NCBI RefSeq assembly: GCF_036321535.1
Contig: NC_087447.1
Span: 32,862,001-32,926,000, forward strand
DNA from: Camelus dromedarius
Lineage: Eukaryota
Length of the DNA: 64,000 nt
Reading direction: 5' to 3'
The notes under the pieces are model-generated. The model did not search any database. It saw only the letters and a program-made list of their open reading frames with translations, and was not told where the DNA came from. Made by a program: the position numbers and the translations under genes. Positions within the stretch are counted from its first letter, which is position 1, and each line of letters begins with the position of its first letter. Shown here piece after piece: positions 12,571 to 25,721 of this stretch.

Positions 12571-13406
12571 TTTTATATTATTTTTTTCTCTCATTGAGTT
12601 TGTCTCACCTCATGAATTCCACTGTCCCATCATCTTCAGGACATGCCTGAGTTCTTACTATGCAGCCAGCCCACACCTTCTTTCATTTACTGAGTGGCGT
12701 CCACCTCAATTCTGAATTCTCACACAGATCCTCACGGATACGATCAGGACTTTGGCCAGTCAAGCCCAGAAATGCTAGCACTCCAAGCTTTCTGAGCCCT
12801 GATGGGTAAATCCGTTGTATTAAGTAACTAATATTGAAAGAATATAGTTTTCTGATGTTCTACGAACTTGCCTTGGTCACTGACTGTATTTTTTTATGGA
12901 TTGTACAAACTTAGGTGTTTTCCTAGAGAGAGAGAAGATAATTCCTTCCAGGTAGGAAAACAAGAGTAGATACCAGCAGAGGCGCCTTCTAAATTAACCA
13001 AGACAGCAGACTTGGGTTGCCGTCTGCCATAAACAAGTCATGCTTCTTTAACTTGTGATTACATTGGTTTAAAGTCAATAGAATTCTGACCAGCAGAGAG
13101 AATAAATAAAAAAATCTATAAATATTGAAATACTATCCAAAGAGAATTTTACTGCCCAGAGAGGCTACCGTATTGATGCCAACGACTCTAGATTTATATG
13201 TTTTCACACATTTCCTTCTAGATAGGAGGGTGGGTTGTGTGAAATTTGCATCTGCATCACAGAGAAGTAGCACAGAAATGTTTTTACAGATTACTAAATG
13301 CCTAACGCTGGGCCATACACATTCTATTGTTATAGTCCTTTTATTGCTAAAGCTCTTTAACAAAATTTCACCGTCAACTGAAAAGAATAACCCTCCTGCC
13401 CTTAAT

Positions 13407-13456
13407 TTTATGTTACATATGTGTCCTTTATGTTACATATGTGTCCTTTATGTTAC
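13407..13456. repeat. Perfect 20-bp tandem duplication (tttatgttacatatgtgtcc x2.5)
   Basis: Read directly: units at 13407-13426 and 13427-13446, partial unit at 13447-13456. Confidence 0.95.
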
Positions 13457-14792
13457 CGTAAATGCTTAGCTGGGAACCTACTTTTCTATCTTCCTCACTC
13501 ATTCAGAAGTAATAGTCTGGCCTTACATATCTTTGTGTTTCCCACAGCACCTTTCCCAGTGTCTTTCATTTACTTAGAAACGCATACATAGGTGCTAAAC
13601 TGGAATCCTTTGGGGACCTCGGTTTTCTCTCTCACACGATACAGGAGTTGTGTAAAATATTTTCTGTTCTCTTGTCCATGTTCACCTTCATGTGATCACC
13701 TTTCGCCTTTGTAGAACCAAGCTTGTAATTCCAGCGTTAGAACACGGCTGGTGACAGATGGAAAACAGGATGGAGGTGAATGGAAGAATCTAGCTTTGGA
13801 ATAACAAAGAGATTTCTTAGAATTAAACTGTTTTCTTGGACATTTACTACTTATTGAAACATCCCTAGTCTCTCTTAATTAGCACTTGCAAGCAGGTGCT
13901 AAAGAGAGAAAGTAATGAAGGAAGCAGCATGGTTTTCTTGTTTCACTGAAGCCTTGGCAGTGTAACCCTTCATGACAAATATGCGTGGGGAATCCAGCCA
14001 GGGTGAAAACCAAAACCACCTCTCTATTTTAACGAAGGATCCCCTCAAGCAAGTTGACAGATGAGAAATAATTTCTTCTTTCTTCTATGCCAAGGAAAGG
14101 CACAGGGAGGTTACAAAGTAATTTCACATACTACCAGGAGCATCCTGCAACTTACATTGAAATCAAAGGTCCAACACCATTGTCAATGGTACGACTGTAA
14201 AACCAAGTCTCAATCTACACAAGAGATTCAGCTCAAAGCCCCTAGCAATTCAAAGACCTTCCGTGTCTAATATTTACTGCCTCCCTTCACCACTCTGTTT
14301 ATTATGGTCCCTGACTCCTAGGAGGCAGTCAAAGCTTTTCAAAAACTTTGTCCCAGTGGAAGGAGAGTTAGAACACTGATCAAGGACAATGACTTGGGCC
14401 ACCATGCCAAGAGGGGCGGTATCTGTGGAGAAGACAACACACTATGAATAAATCTTACTCTATCTCACAGTGTCTGTTCCTGGATGATTTCTTCTCTTGC
14501 ATCCACTTCGTCTCCCCATATTTCTTCTCCTCATCAACTGATTGGATAAACATAGATCTGGGGCTGCCTCCTGTTTTAAAAGGATATTCTCTAGAAGGAT
14601 CCAGAAGGCTTTTGGTGGAGTCAAGGGAAAATGAGACAAAGAGTAGGAAACATGAACCCACCCTTCTCTGGACTTTTGGGAGACAAGTTCTGTTTATGTG
14701 GGATTTGTCTTTCTGGGTTTTTTACCTTAAGAGAGGGAAAACCATAAAGGCCAAAACTAAGTTGGTTTCCAGGGAAAAGCAAAGGGGGCCAT

Positions 14793-15356
14793 AGATAAAG
14801 ATTCTCTCCTTGAGCACGCTCTAGTCAGGCTCAACCTTGGCCTATAAACACTGCAGATTTTTAGCACAAATAATTTTGTCCACTCCACCCCTTCAGATTA
14901 AAAAAATACTAATACACACTACCATAATTTCTAACAGTTCAAGGCAGCCCCCTAAAACAAGGACCCCAGCCCCTCTGGGTCCTGCACAGGGAGCCCAGGG
15001 CTGCCGGGAGAGTTCCCTGTTTGTTCCAGCCAACACCTGAATGAAGATAGGCCCTTGTCTCCCAGTCTCTGCGGAAGAATTGAAACCGGACTGAAATAAG
15101 GGCTGGTTCACAAACCCAGATGGGAGTCATATGGACCAACACCCTCTTCCTGCTTTTTGTAAATTTCCACTCCCCTGATTCCGCTCAAGCCCCCACTTCC
15201 CCCCTTCCTACTCCTCATTCTCCTTTTAGGATGCCTGGTCACCTCTGCACAAATCAAAGCTCGTGCTGGGCCCTCCTCCCCATTACAATAGTTTATTACT
15301 GATTAAAACCTGTCCATACCATTTAAACTAGAGTCTGATTTTATTTATCTTTGACC
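14793..15356 (+). mobile_element. ERV1 solo LTR, MER67/MER31-like
   Basis: Start agataaagattctctccttga..ctctagtcaggctc, internal tgtttgttccagccaacacctga..gataggccc..gtctcccagtctctg, ATTAAA at 15302-15307, end tttatctttgac. Confidence 0.75.
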
Positions 15357-16519
15357 TGACTCAGGCTGCTAGAGTATACACAAAAGGAATTCTTGCAGTT
15401 CATCTGTGGTCCAGCTCAGCTCTTCAGAGTAAGCAGCGGTTAGGGGTCAAAGTCCTCATGAATAATAGAAATGATTGCTCAGAGAGTGCTTTTATCAATT
15501 CACTTATTCAACAAATATTTACTGAGCACATGTGACATAGCACACACTGTTGTAGGTATTGGGAATATTATTGTAAACAAAACCAGACAAAATTCCTATT
15601 CCCAGGAAGGGTAAATTTTAATGGGGCAGGCAAATGATGGATAATTCCTTACACGTGTCTTTTTTAGGAACCTACAAATGCTTTGGTGTCCCAGCCATGA
15701 CTCACTTTATTGAGTCATGATTAACACATCGGTATGAAACCGAGATTTCTATCATTTTATTATGTAAAATAACAATCATTTACTAGACTCTTACATGCTG
15801 TACCCTTCAGAGTTTTAAAAATCCTTTCAAATCCATGGTATACTTTACCCTTCCAAAAAAACTTAGAATGTTTGCAGTACCATCATCTCCCCTTAAAAGA
15901 TAATCAAGCTGAACGTCAAAAGATCATTGTTTCTCAAACATTTCTACCAAGTTTATCTCCATGGTAGGAACCAGTGAACACTCAACTTCTCTGAATCCTG
16001 GCATACATAAAGGGGAAACCATGCATCTGAAATGTATTAGAGGTTTCATATTTTGTATTTGAAAAATCTTTTCTTCCTGCCACTTTTTCCAATCCAGCCA
16101 TTTAGTCAGGATTGTTACGACAGAAATAGGATTTTCCCCTTGAACCACTGGGTGGGGTAAGATTCCTCTTCTAGCTCTGTGTACCCGTTCAACATTATCT
16201 GTGCCCCAGTGTAAGTGGTACAGGAACAGGCAATACAGGGTCAGGGAACATGTCCTGGACCTTACAGCTATTAACTTTCTGAGTCAGGACACAAATAGAG
16301 GCATCTTGACTTCAAGCCTGGCTTGTCCCACCTCGTCGCACAATGGCAGGCTCCCAGTTCTGTTGAAGACAATTACAGTGACTTTCTGCAAAGACTGAAT
16401 GGTGAATCTCCAACACAGCATCCAGTACATAGATTCTCCAAATATTAACTGATGCTGACTATGTGTAAAAGGTAATAACCAAAACAACAAAGGCAAGGGC
16501 CCTCTTTAAAATACATTAT

Positions 16520-17020
16520 ATAAGATTGTTTACTGTCTGCAAGTCTGTTTCTGTTTTATAGATGAGTTCATTAGTGTCTTCTTTTCTTTTTTTTAGATTT
16601 CACATATGAGTGGTATCATATGGTATTTTGCTTTCTCTTTCTGGCTTACTTCACTTAGAATGATCACCGGGACCATCCATGTTGCTGCAAATGGCATTAT
16701 TTTATTCTTTATTATGGCTGAGTAGTATTCCATTGTATAAATATACCACAACTTCTTTATCCAGTCATTGGGGGAAAGGGGGTGGGAAGTGGTAAATTTG
16801 GAAGTTTGAGGTTTGCAGATATTAACTAGTATATATAAAAATAGGTTAAAAAATTATTTTCTTCTGTATAGCACTGGGAACTGTAATCAACATCTTATAA
16901 TGACTTTTAATGAAAAAGAATATGAAAATGAATATATGTATGTATATGCATGACTGGGACATTATGATGTACACCAGAAATTGACACATTCTAACTGATT
17001 ATACTTCAATGAAAAAAAAA
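16520..17020 (+). mobile_element. 5'-inverted LINE-1 3' end (16520-16768 on minus, 16770-17020 on plus)
   Basis: Comparison with the copies at 17756, 25065 and 35475 shows the left part is the reverse complement of the sequence that normally precedes ggggaaaggg. A-tail at 17012-17020. Confidence 0.92.
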
Positions 17021-17755
17021 TTACAACTAATTTGAAAAGATAGAATTCTCACCATCCACCTCATAATGTAGCTGACTTACTCCTCTCATGTCTACTGCTT
17101 GGACCATTACAATAGCATCTTACAGTTTTCCCTGCCTAGGTGACTTCAAAAAGAAGCTGGATGAATAGTCAGATCATGCCACTCTCTCATTATCTCAAGG
17201 ACTTTTCAGTAGGAAAATGACCCAGTTTGAGTTGCTTCAAGGACAGAAAATTGAATTTGTATCCATATTTTACTTATATCTGTCCCTAAAGTAACTGCTT
17301 TAATAAGTCACATCACAACCTCTTGGCTAAGAAATTGTTACTTGCTGTGTGGCAGAGAACAGCTCTCTCTGTTCTTCATTTTCCCCTTCTATGAAATGAG
17401 GAATCATACCAAACCTAAAGTGTTGTGGTAAGAACTCCAGGACAAAATGTTAGCACACGGGGTTGCTTGATAATAATCATGATAAGTAGCTGGCTAATTC
17501 TGTTGGCTTCATTTTTTTTCAGATGAAAAGACATACTGAGCAAAAAGAACAGGAAGAGCAAAATTGCACAGGTGCAAAAAATTCACAATGATCATGTATG
17601 ATGGGGCTTGACATTTTGTGGGAAACATTATTCTATTTATGTAACTAACTTTTATATTTAAAGATAGCTCCTCAAAAAGTATCAGGGTTTTCACAACCAA
17701 ATAAATGTTTCAACAACATTGAGAGACACTGATATTATGAATTCAAAAACTTTCA

Positions 17756-18496
17756 GCCTTCGTACACTGCTGGTGGGAATATGGTTTCATGCAGCCATTA
17801 GGGAAAACAGCATGGAGAGTCCTCAAAAGACTAAAAACAGACTTATCATATGATCCAGCAATCCCACTCCTGAGTATATACCCAGAGAGAACTCTAATGT
17901 AAAAAGATCCATGCCCCTCAATGCTCATTGAAGTACTATTTACAATAGCCAAGACATGGACACAACCTAAATGTCCATCGACAGAGGACTGGATAAAGAA
18001 GTTGTGGCATATTTATACAACAGAATACTACTCTGCCATAAAAAAGAATAAAATAATACCATTTGCAGCAACATGGAAGGACCTAGAGATCATCCTTCTA
18101 AGTGAAGTAAGCCAGAAAGAAAAAGAAAAATACCATATGATCACTGATATGTGGAATCTAAACTGGAATCAAAAAAAAAAAAAGACACTATGAACTCATC
18201 TACAAAACAGAAGCAGACTTGTAGACTTAGTAAACAATCTTACGGTTACTGGGGAAAGAGGGTAGGAAGGGATAAATTTGGGAGTTTGAGATTTACAAAT
18301 GTTAGCCACTATATATAATAATAGTTTTAAAAAAAGTTTTTTCTGTATAGCACAGGGAACTATGTTCAATATCTTGTAATAACCTTTAATGAGAAAAATA
18401 TGAAAACAAATCTATGTATGTATATGCATGACCAGGACATTGAGCTGTACACTGGAAATTGATTAACTGTAATTGACTATACTTCAATTAAAAAAA
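17756..18496 (+). mobile_element. 5'-truncated LINE-1 (ORF2 C-terminus and 3'UTR), young family
   Basis: ORF LFTIAKTWTQPKCPSTEDWIKKLWHIYTTEYYSAIKKNKIIPFAATWKDLE is the L1 ORF2 C-terminus; 3'UTR ends acttcaattaaaaaa. Confidence 0.95.
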
Positions 18497-19645
18497 GAAT
18501 ATTTGAACAAAGGAGAGTGATAATGACAACTTTTATCACTAGATATTAAAGCATTCTTAACTTCTGAAGGAAAAAAAAAAACTTTTCAACTCCTTGTCTT
18601 AGAACACAAGACCTTTCATAACCTGGTCTCCACCTCTGCTTTCAGGGCTCCTTTCCCATAACACACCCATATATATCATGTACTTCATCCACACTGGGAA
18701 TCTCACCATCCCTTGAACATAATTAGATCTCTTTTGTGATTCTGTCTCTAACCAGACTAGTATTCCTGCCTGGAATACTTCCCTCAGTATCTACTTTGCC
18801 TGGAATAATTCCTTCTCACCCAATAGACCCAGTGAAAATATATTTTCTGTGGAAGGTTTCTACATACATTGCCCTCCCCACCTGCCCTGACCCCAACAGG
18901 AGTTAATTGTTTTTTCGTCAGAGTCTCCTATTTTTTATTTATGTATGTAACTACTCCATAACGCAACCTCCCCAGCCCCTGCCCACCTCCTCGCTCCCCA
19001 TCCCAGACTGTGTGCCTAAGACTTGGCACAGGGATGAGCACAGAGCAGACCCTCCCAATACATGCTCCTTGACCAAGCAGAGGCTGGCGGTGCTTTACTG
19101 GGTTTGAGTACAACAGTTTAAAATTCCCTGCTCATAAACCCACAAGTAATAGTTCATAGCAGCATGAGTCACCGCAGACTAAAACAATTCAATATCTATT
19201 TTAAAGAAGTTGTAGATGCCGATCTCGGAATTACAGCAGAGACAGGATCTTTGGATCTAAGACATTCAAGCCAGGAGCTTCCGTAATGAGACAATTGCTC
19301 AACTCCGTACTTCAAGGGGCAGGAAGCTGACAACTACATGGAATTCAATTCCAGGCAGTGCTCAGAACCTGAGAAAGGCAGGCAGGTGAATCCCCCCGGA
19401 GAATGAATTGTAGAACCTCAGGTGGAAAGTCAGAGCGGTGACTGGCAACGTGGAGGCTGGACCCTGATGTTTCACCAGTGGTCCTTACACTGGTGTGGTC
19501 AGTGTCAGCCTGAGATCCCCATGAAAACCACGGTTCCACTTCCGCCAAAAGATGCATGTGCACACATATACACAAACTTGCATACAGTCTCAGGGCATTC
19601 ATGGACCACCCTCCAACCAAAAGCCTTTCAATGAAACAGAAAAAA

Positions 19646-19832
19646 ACTGGTTTTCAAACTTGAATGGGCAACAGAATTATCTAAGGGGGAACATTAAAGA
19701 ACAGCTCGCTAGGCCCACCCCTAGATTTGCTGAACCGGTAGGTCTGGGGTGCCGCAGAGAATTTACATTTCTAACAGTTTCCTGGGCGAGGCTGACGTTT
19801 CTGGTCTGAGGATCCCACACCCAGAACCACTG
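19646..19832. mobile_element. MER5A-type MITE
   Basis: Termini actggttttcaaactt ... agaaccactg; internal ggcccacccctaga..., gtaggtctggggtg, catttctaacag. Confidence 0.8.
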
Positions 19833-22800
19833 CCCTAAGCCACACGAAGCTGAGTTCACAGGAAGTAACGTTGAGAAAGCACTGGGGATTAACTCTTCAG
19901 GAAGAAAGCAAAAAGAAAACGGAACAAAAAGTCATTTAAAGCTGATGAAGATTGTGCGTGATGCAAGATTCAGGATCCTGTGCAGGAGAAAATCAAAGTG
20001 CTTCCACTGCTGCTTGATCTTTCTAAAAATGCCAAGTTCAGGTGGAAGGAGAAGGCCTTAGAGAAAACTACAGCTCCACAGCAAAGTACTTTTTAGGGAA
20101 AAATAGTCTTTTTCCTCGTGTGTCTCACAACTATTACTCCTCCTCTACCAGCCACTGTGCAACCCCGTCCCTTCCTCCAACAGAGCCCTCCTCACAACTC
20201 CCATCCTGATTTGCTTCCTTTTCTCAGAACTCCCAAGAAGTACAGAATTGTCCTCGAGTGCCCCTGAAGACCCGCATCAACTCTCTGCATCCCCAGAGCC
20301 AAAAGAAGCAACTGGCTTCCAATCACAGTTTCTGGCTGTGCCCTGAGTCATCAAATGACCAAGCCTTCATGTACCACAGTGGAAAGGAAAGTGATCTTCT
20401 AGACAGCATTTGAAAATTACAGGTTAGGCCTATAACAGGCGAAGGAGACAAGATACCTATTCAAAGGAGAAGCGTATTTGGCAAAAACACAAGGACTGGG
20501 ACCTTTTAGCTTAGGGACAAACCAGCTAGGCCCCAATAAGCCTTTAAAAGATCACTCAATACAGGGTAGTAGAGTTGAGTGATTTACATTTTTAACCATC
20601 ACAGGAAAAAATAAAGCAACAGACAAAAAGTTATATATTCAAATGATTTCCTTAGAGCAAAATTAAATAGTATAAAAAAATTGCTGGTACTTAAAGGACA
20701 AGTATTGTGCTCAATAACATTTTGTTGCAGAACCAAAAAAAAGCCCTCTTTTGAGTAGCTCATTATTCAATGATACTGAACAAATAAGAAATTGTATTGT
20801 ATTCATTCTTGAGTTTTCAGTTAGTGCTTTCCACAAAGTGCCAAATCCACAGGGAGCCTAGGAGGAAAAAGGGGTTCAAAGCCAAATAAATTCTGGATAC
20901 TCTCAATGTAGAGTAAAGGCTCTGATAAACCGCTTTAATTCTCTTTAATTTAGAATATCCAAAATATATTTACTAAGAAACCCTTTGCTGAACACTACCC
21001 CAGCATCAGTGTCCTAAGATCCAGACTTTGATAAATACTCTGTTGGAGGCATCGCTCCAATTGGGTTTTAGCCACTGATGCCGACAGTACGGAAAAGAAA
21101 AAGCTTCCATGAGTCGAAATCACTTTGTTCTTGCTCTCTTTTGCCAGACAAAAACCAGGCTCCAGTCAAAAAAATATGGGGCCTGCAAAGCAGAGCTGTG
21201 CTTCCTCGTTCAGTGCAGCTGGGAAGAGGGGACAGCGCCCAGCCACGCCTCGGCAGCTGAGCAGAGCCCGAGCGCCCCCTCGCACTGCAGGTGTGCCTGT
21301 CCTTTTGACTATAAGCTTTGGATCCTCACGTCTGTGACCTGACATCATGTACCATCATCAGAAGTTCCCAGAGCCTCGAGACCAGCTCTCAGCAGAGGAA
21401 ATCACTGATGACTGACATACTCAGGTGACCTCTTAGCTGCCCATCATCCTAGATCTGTCTCTTTTGTTCAGCTATGTGGTGACCCCCGGAATACACTGAT
21501 ATGGAGTAAATCTTTAATTCTTTCTGCGCACACACATCAGATAAACGAAATTTACAAATTATGGACTTTATACCAAGTACGAACTGACAGGCATACAGCG
21601 AAGTAGAAAATGAGGCAATTATCTGAATAATTATCACGACTCACACCTTAATTTAATCCTTTCAGAAATTATCTACAATTAACAAACAACAGACAGAGGG
21701 CTTTGGGGGAGGAGAAAGAACATGGGGTTTTTACACACGGCTACTGTCTGTATTTATTTCCCCTCATTTGCTTCCTATCTCACAGGGGGTTTCTGAAAGT
21801 TACATGACACAGTTGGCATTCAATAAATAAAAATGTGGCTTTTATAGTACCATTTTTGTAGGAAGGCTTCAGTGGGCAATAAAGAAAGCAAAATTCTTAT
21901 TGTTTAATATTTCAAAAATATTAAACATGCACACAGTTCTTAAGAAGGATGTTAATTAACACTTTCTGGAAGAAGAAATCTACCAGTTAATAGCTGGATG
22001 ACTGTGAGCAATTTATTGAACACATTTGCACCTCCGTTTCTTTGTCCATCAAGCAGAGATTATAAAAATTCCCACCTGATGAAATTGTTTTGAGCAGAAA
22101 ATTAGTTTAAAAATGTGATGTTCTTAGAAGAGTGTCTAGAACATGAAGTAATCCATTCATCTTCACTATTATCAGCACTTATTCTTCTTATTACTCCGAT
22201 CAGCCACATAAACCCTCCCGTCCTCCAGGTCTGATCATCCCCTTGCAATCTGCTGCGACTGTTCTTTGATCCTCTCTGATCAGTCTCCTCCCTAATTACC
22301 GACATATTTTATAAGGTTGACCATATAATTTTATAGCTAATTATAAAATTACAACCTGTATCGGAATGCTATCGGTTGTCTCGTGCATATTAATTTTTGC
22401 CCTCAACCTGGCATTTTAGAGTCTGCACGGGGTGAATTTTCCACCTCCTTCACATCACCTAGCTCAGTGCTAAGACCACCACAGGCTGGTTTTCGTGGCT
22501 GTAATAATTACAACAGTATCACAGTCCTCGTGAACAACAGTGCTCCAGCTTTCCTCCTCGTCCTCCTCCTCAGCTCCCCAGTGATCTCTGCTTGGCTTAG
22601 AACTGAGGTCCCCCAGCTCCCCATCCACAGTGCACTGCTCAAGGCGTGGCTCCACGTTGTTCTATCTGCCCCACGGCTGGTCACAGATCCCACGAGGAAG
22701 GTGTTTAAACAATAGGAAAATTGGACCCGAAAAGATACTAACCGGGGCCAGGGTGGCTTAGAGGACAGATCCTGCAGTTAGTTTGAAGTCCTGTTACAAC

Positions 22801-25064
22801 AACTGCCTGGAATGTCCGGTTTTAGCTTGAGTTGAAGTGGATCGCAGCACACAGGCCTGTTGTGTTAGTCCAGACAGGCTGAGGGTGGCCAGTGAGACCT
22901 GGGTTCATGCTTGTGTTTAGTGCGATGAACACTCTTCTGACATCATGTTGTGAAATTGGTTTTTGTTGGCCCCAAACTGAAGCCATTTGCCTTCCTTGAG
23001 AAGTTCCCAAAATACATGTGATTTATCCTGTAGCTAAACAGCTCCAGGCTTACGTACGTACGGCTGGACTTGAAGGGGAGGTCGCAGAGGCTCTGATGGG
23101 ACACATTTCTCACCTGATTTAACGTTTGCAACGGTGTACTGACAGCCACTGTCAGGCCCTTTCTGGGGGGCCCAGAACATCACCTCCATTACATGATGGA
23201 AAACGCTACCCTCTCCATCCTGTGTCCTGACTCTTCCCATCCTTTCCCATATCCATTCCGTTCCCAGGTGGTATCTGTCCCTGGTCTCTCTGTCCATTTG
23301 AACATGGCAATTTTGTGCCATGCACTGAGGTCTTCTGAGTCCCCAAACGACACCCTCATGGACTTCACACTATTGTTAGTTAAATGCATAAAGCTATGTA
23401 AACAGATCCACGGTCAAGCCTTTGGAAAGTCTCTTAAATAATAGATAATTTATTACTTGGCTGACAACCAAACCTAAAATTCTTTGACAACAAATACCCA
23501 TTTTGAAGTTAATGAGACTTCATTAAATATTATCAAGGAAGGCTGGGGGACAAGGGCTGTTTCGCTGAAAATACTTTATGCACGGGCGGCTTTTATTGTT
23601 TGGCAAAGAGAGAAAATCCAATGAGTGTTCCAAGATGGGGCTCTTCCAAGATGCCTCTGTCTCTTCAACTTTGTTAGCCTGAAATACTCTGGCCCCCAAG
23701 GATGCCTTCACCACCTGACGTAGCTCTGCTCTAGCACAGAGTAAAAGCACACTTGAGCCTTTATTCTTAAAGACATTTTACGCAAGCTCCTTTCAGACTA
23801 GAACAATTCATGTAACTCATGCTTCCCTTTTCTCTCTGCCTGCCAGGATATTCCTAAGTGTCTTTGTTAGCTCTCGTGGTTATTATTTCTTGCTTACTTT
23901 TCAAATCTATTTTAATAGCTCTATTGAATGTGTGTTCTTTGTATGTACTAATTACTTTTAAGAGGCAAGGAATAAAATAATGGATGAAAGAACAAATATC
24001 ATGAGTTAAAAACCTACTTACCACCGTTTCTCATCCTCTTTATGTCTCACCTTTTCCTGTCCTTTTCTACTCTGGATTCTCACCATCAAAAATGCAGAGA
24101 AGGCAATGAATGAGGTCAGTGGCGAGCCAGGCGACACTACTGTCAAGGCTAAGGTTCCGTCAGATTAACTGCCAAGAACTTGCCACTTGGCATCCTGTCC
24201 CTGGTCTCCCAGCAGGCCCCAGACACAGCCCCTGAGTCCCTGGGATAAAACAATTCCCCAGTGCTCCTGACTCAGACAGAACACAGCAACTCTCTCGGTC
24301 ACACCCATATCCTCTCTTTCTCTCTCTGCCTGTCTCAGCGACTGACCTCCGGCTGTCCTGCTTAACGTCTCCTCTCGCCGTGGGCTCCTCACAGGTCGCC
24401 GCCCTTCCAGACAGCTTTCCACTGTCAACACACTGAAAGCAGAAGGTTCAGGATCAAACACACCTGGAGCAGGGCCTCTGTGTGCCATTTATGGACTGGA
24501 ATTTGGGAAAAGTCATCTTAGCCCGTGGGACCCTTTCCCTCTCATCTTTCAAATGGCGCCAGCAGAAGGCTTCCCTCCTGCGGTAGCTGGGAGAACCAAA
24601 TTAGGGAAATGCACGGAATCCCCTGGCCCAGTGTCCGGCCCGGGATGCAGCTGTTCCGTTCATGAGAATGACTCACGTCTACTGAGCACTTAAAACGCAA
24701 GTGCTGGATGTTTGTTTTCCCTAGATGCGCGTATCGAATCCTCACAATTACTCCACAGAACTTCTGAGGCTGGCCCTTTCGTAAACTGCTTGGTGCCTGG
24801 CACAAGGTAAGCGCTTAATAAATGTTGGCTCTTAACTGGTATCACGAATGCTGTCTTTCTTTGAGAGATGAGAGAGTTCGGTGAAGGCAAGTTACATGCT
24901 GACTATTATCATCCACTACCTGCTAGGATACTGGCATAGAAGGACACTGACATCACACAGAACTCCAGCAGCAAGTGTTACTCTACTCATCGTATGCTAA
25001 GGAAACAAAGGTTTAGAGAGGTTAAAGGGTTTGCCAAATGTGGTTCATTGAAAAGTGCCAGGTT

Positions 25065-25721
25065 TCATCCAGCAATCCCACTCCCGGGCATATATGCAGA
25101 AGGAACTTCAATTTGAAAAGATCCTGCACCCCACTGTCCATAGCAGCACTATTTACAATAGTCAAGACATGGAAACAGCCTAAATGTCCATTGACAGATG
25201 ACTGGAGAAAGAAGATGTGGTATATTTACATGATGGAATGCTACTCAGCCATAAAAAAGAATAAAATAATGCCATTTGCAGCAACATGGATGGACCTGGA
25301 GATCATCATTCTAAATGAAGTAAGCCAGAAAAAGAAATACCATATGATATTGCTCATTTGTGGAAATCTAAAACAAAGAGAAAAAAAGGACACTAATGAA
25401 CTCTTCTACAAAACAGAAACAGACTCACAGACATAGTAAACAATCCTTAAACGGTTACTAGGGGGAAAGAGGAGGGAAGGGATAAATTTGGGAGTTTGTG
25501 GTTTGCATGTGTTAGCCACTATATATAAAAATAAATTTAAAAAATGAGTGTCTTATGTATAGTACAGAAGAATTACATTCAATATCTTGTAATAACCTTT
25601 AATGAAAAAATATGAAAATGAATATATGTATTTATATGCATGACTGGGACATTGTGCTGTACACCAGAAACTAACACATTGTAATTGACTGTACTTCAAT
25701 AAAAGAAAATTAAATAAAAAA
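25065..25721 (+). mobile_element. 5'-truncated LINE-1 inserted in a MIR
   Basis: ORF2 C-terminal peptide (KTWKQPKCPLTDDW...MPFAATWMDLE). TSD-like gaaaagtgccaggtt (25050-25064) / gaaagtggccaagtt (25722-25736). Joined flanks rebuild a MIR core (gaggttaa...aagtggc...gggaattgaatcc). Confidence 0.93.

Noticed and set aside
21265..21290. CTCF-like agggggcgc motifs (also ~29558-29572, ~37438-37453 and ~60030)
   Set aside because: Each has mismatches to the core, and such G-runs are common in GC patches.
25038..25436. 132-aa ORF, and similar ORFs at 17921-18193, 3496-3705 and 1393-1575
   Set aside because: Fragments of L1 ORF1/ORF2, not host genes.
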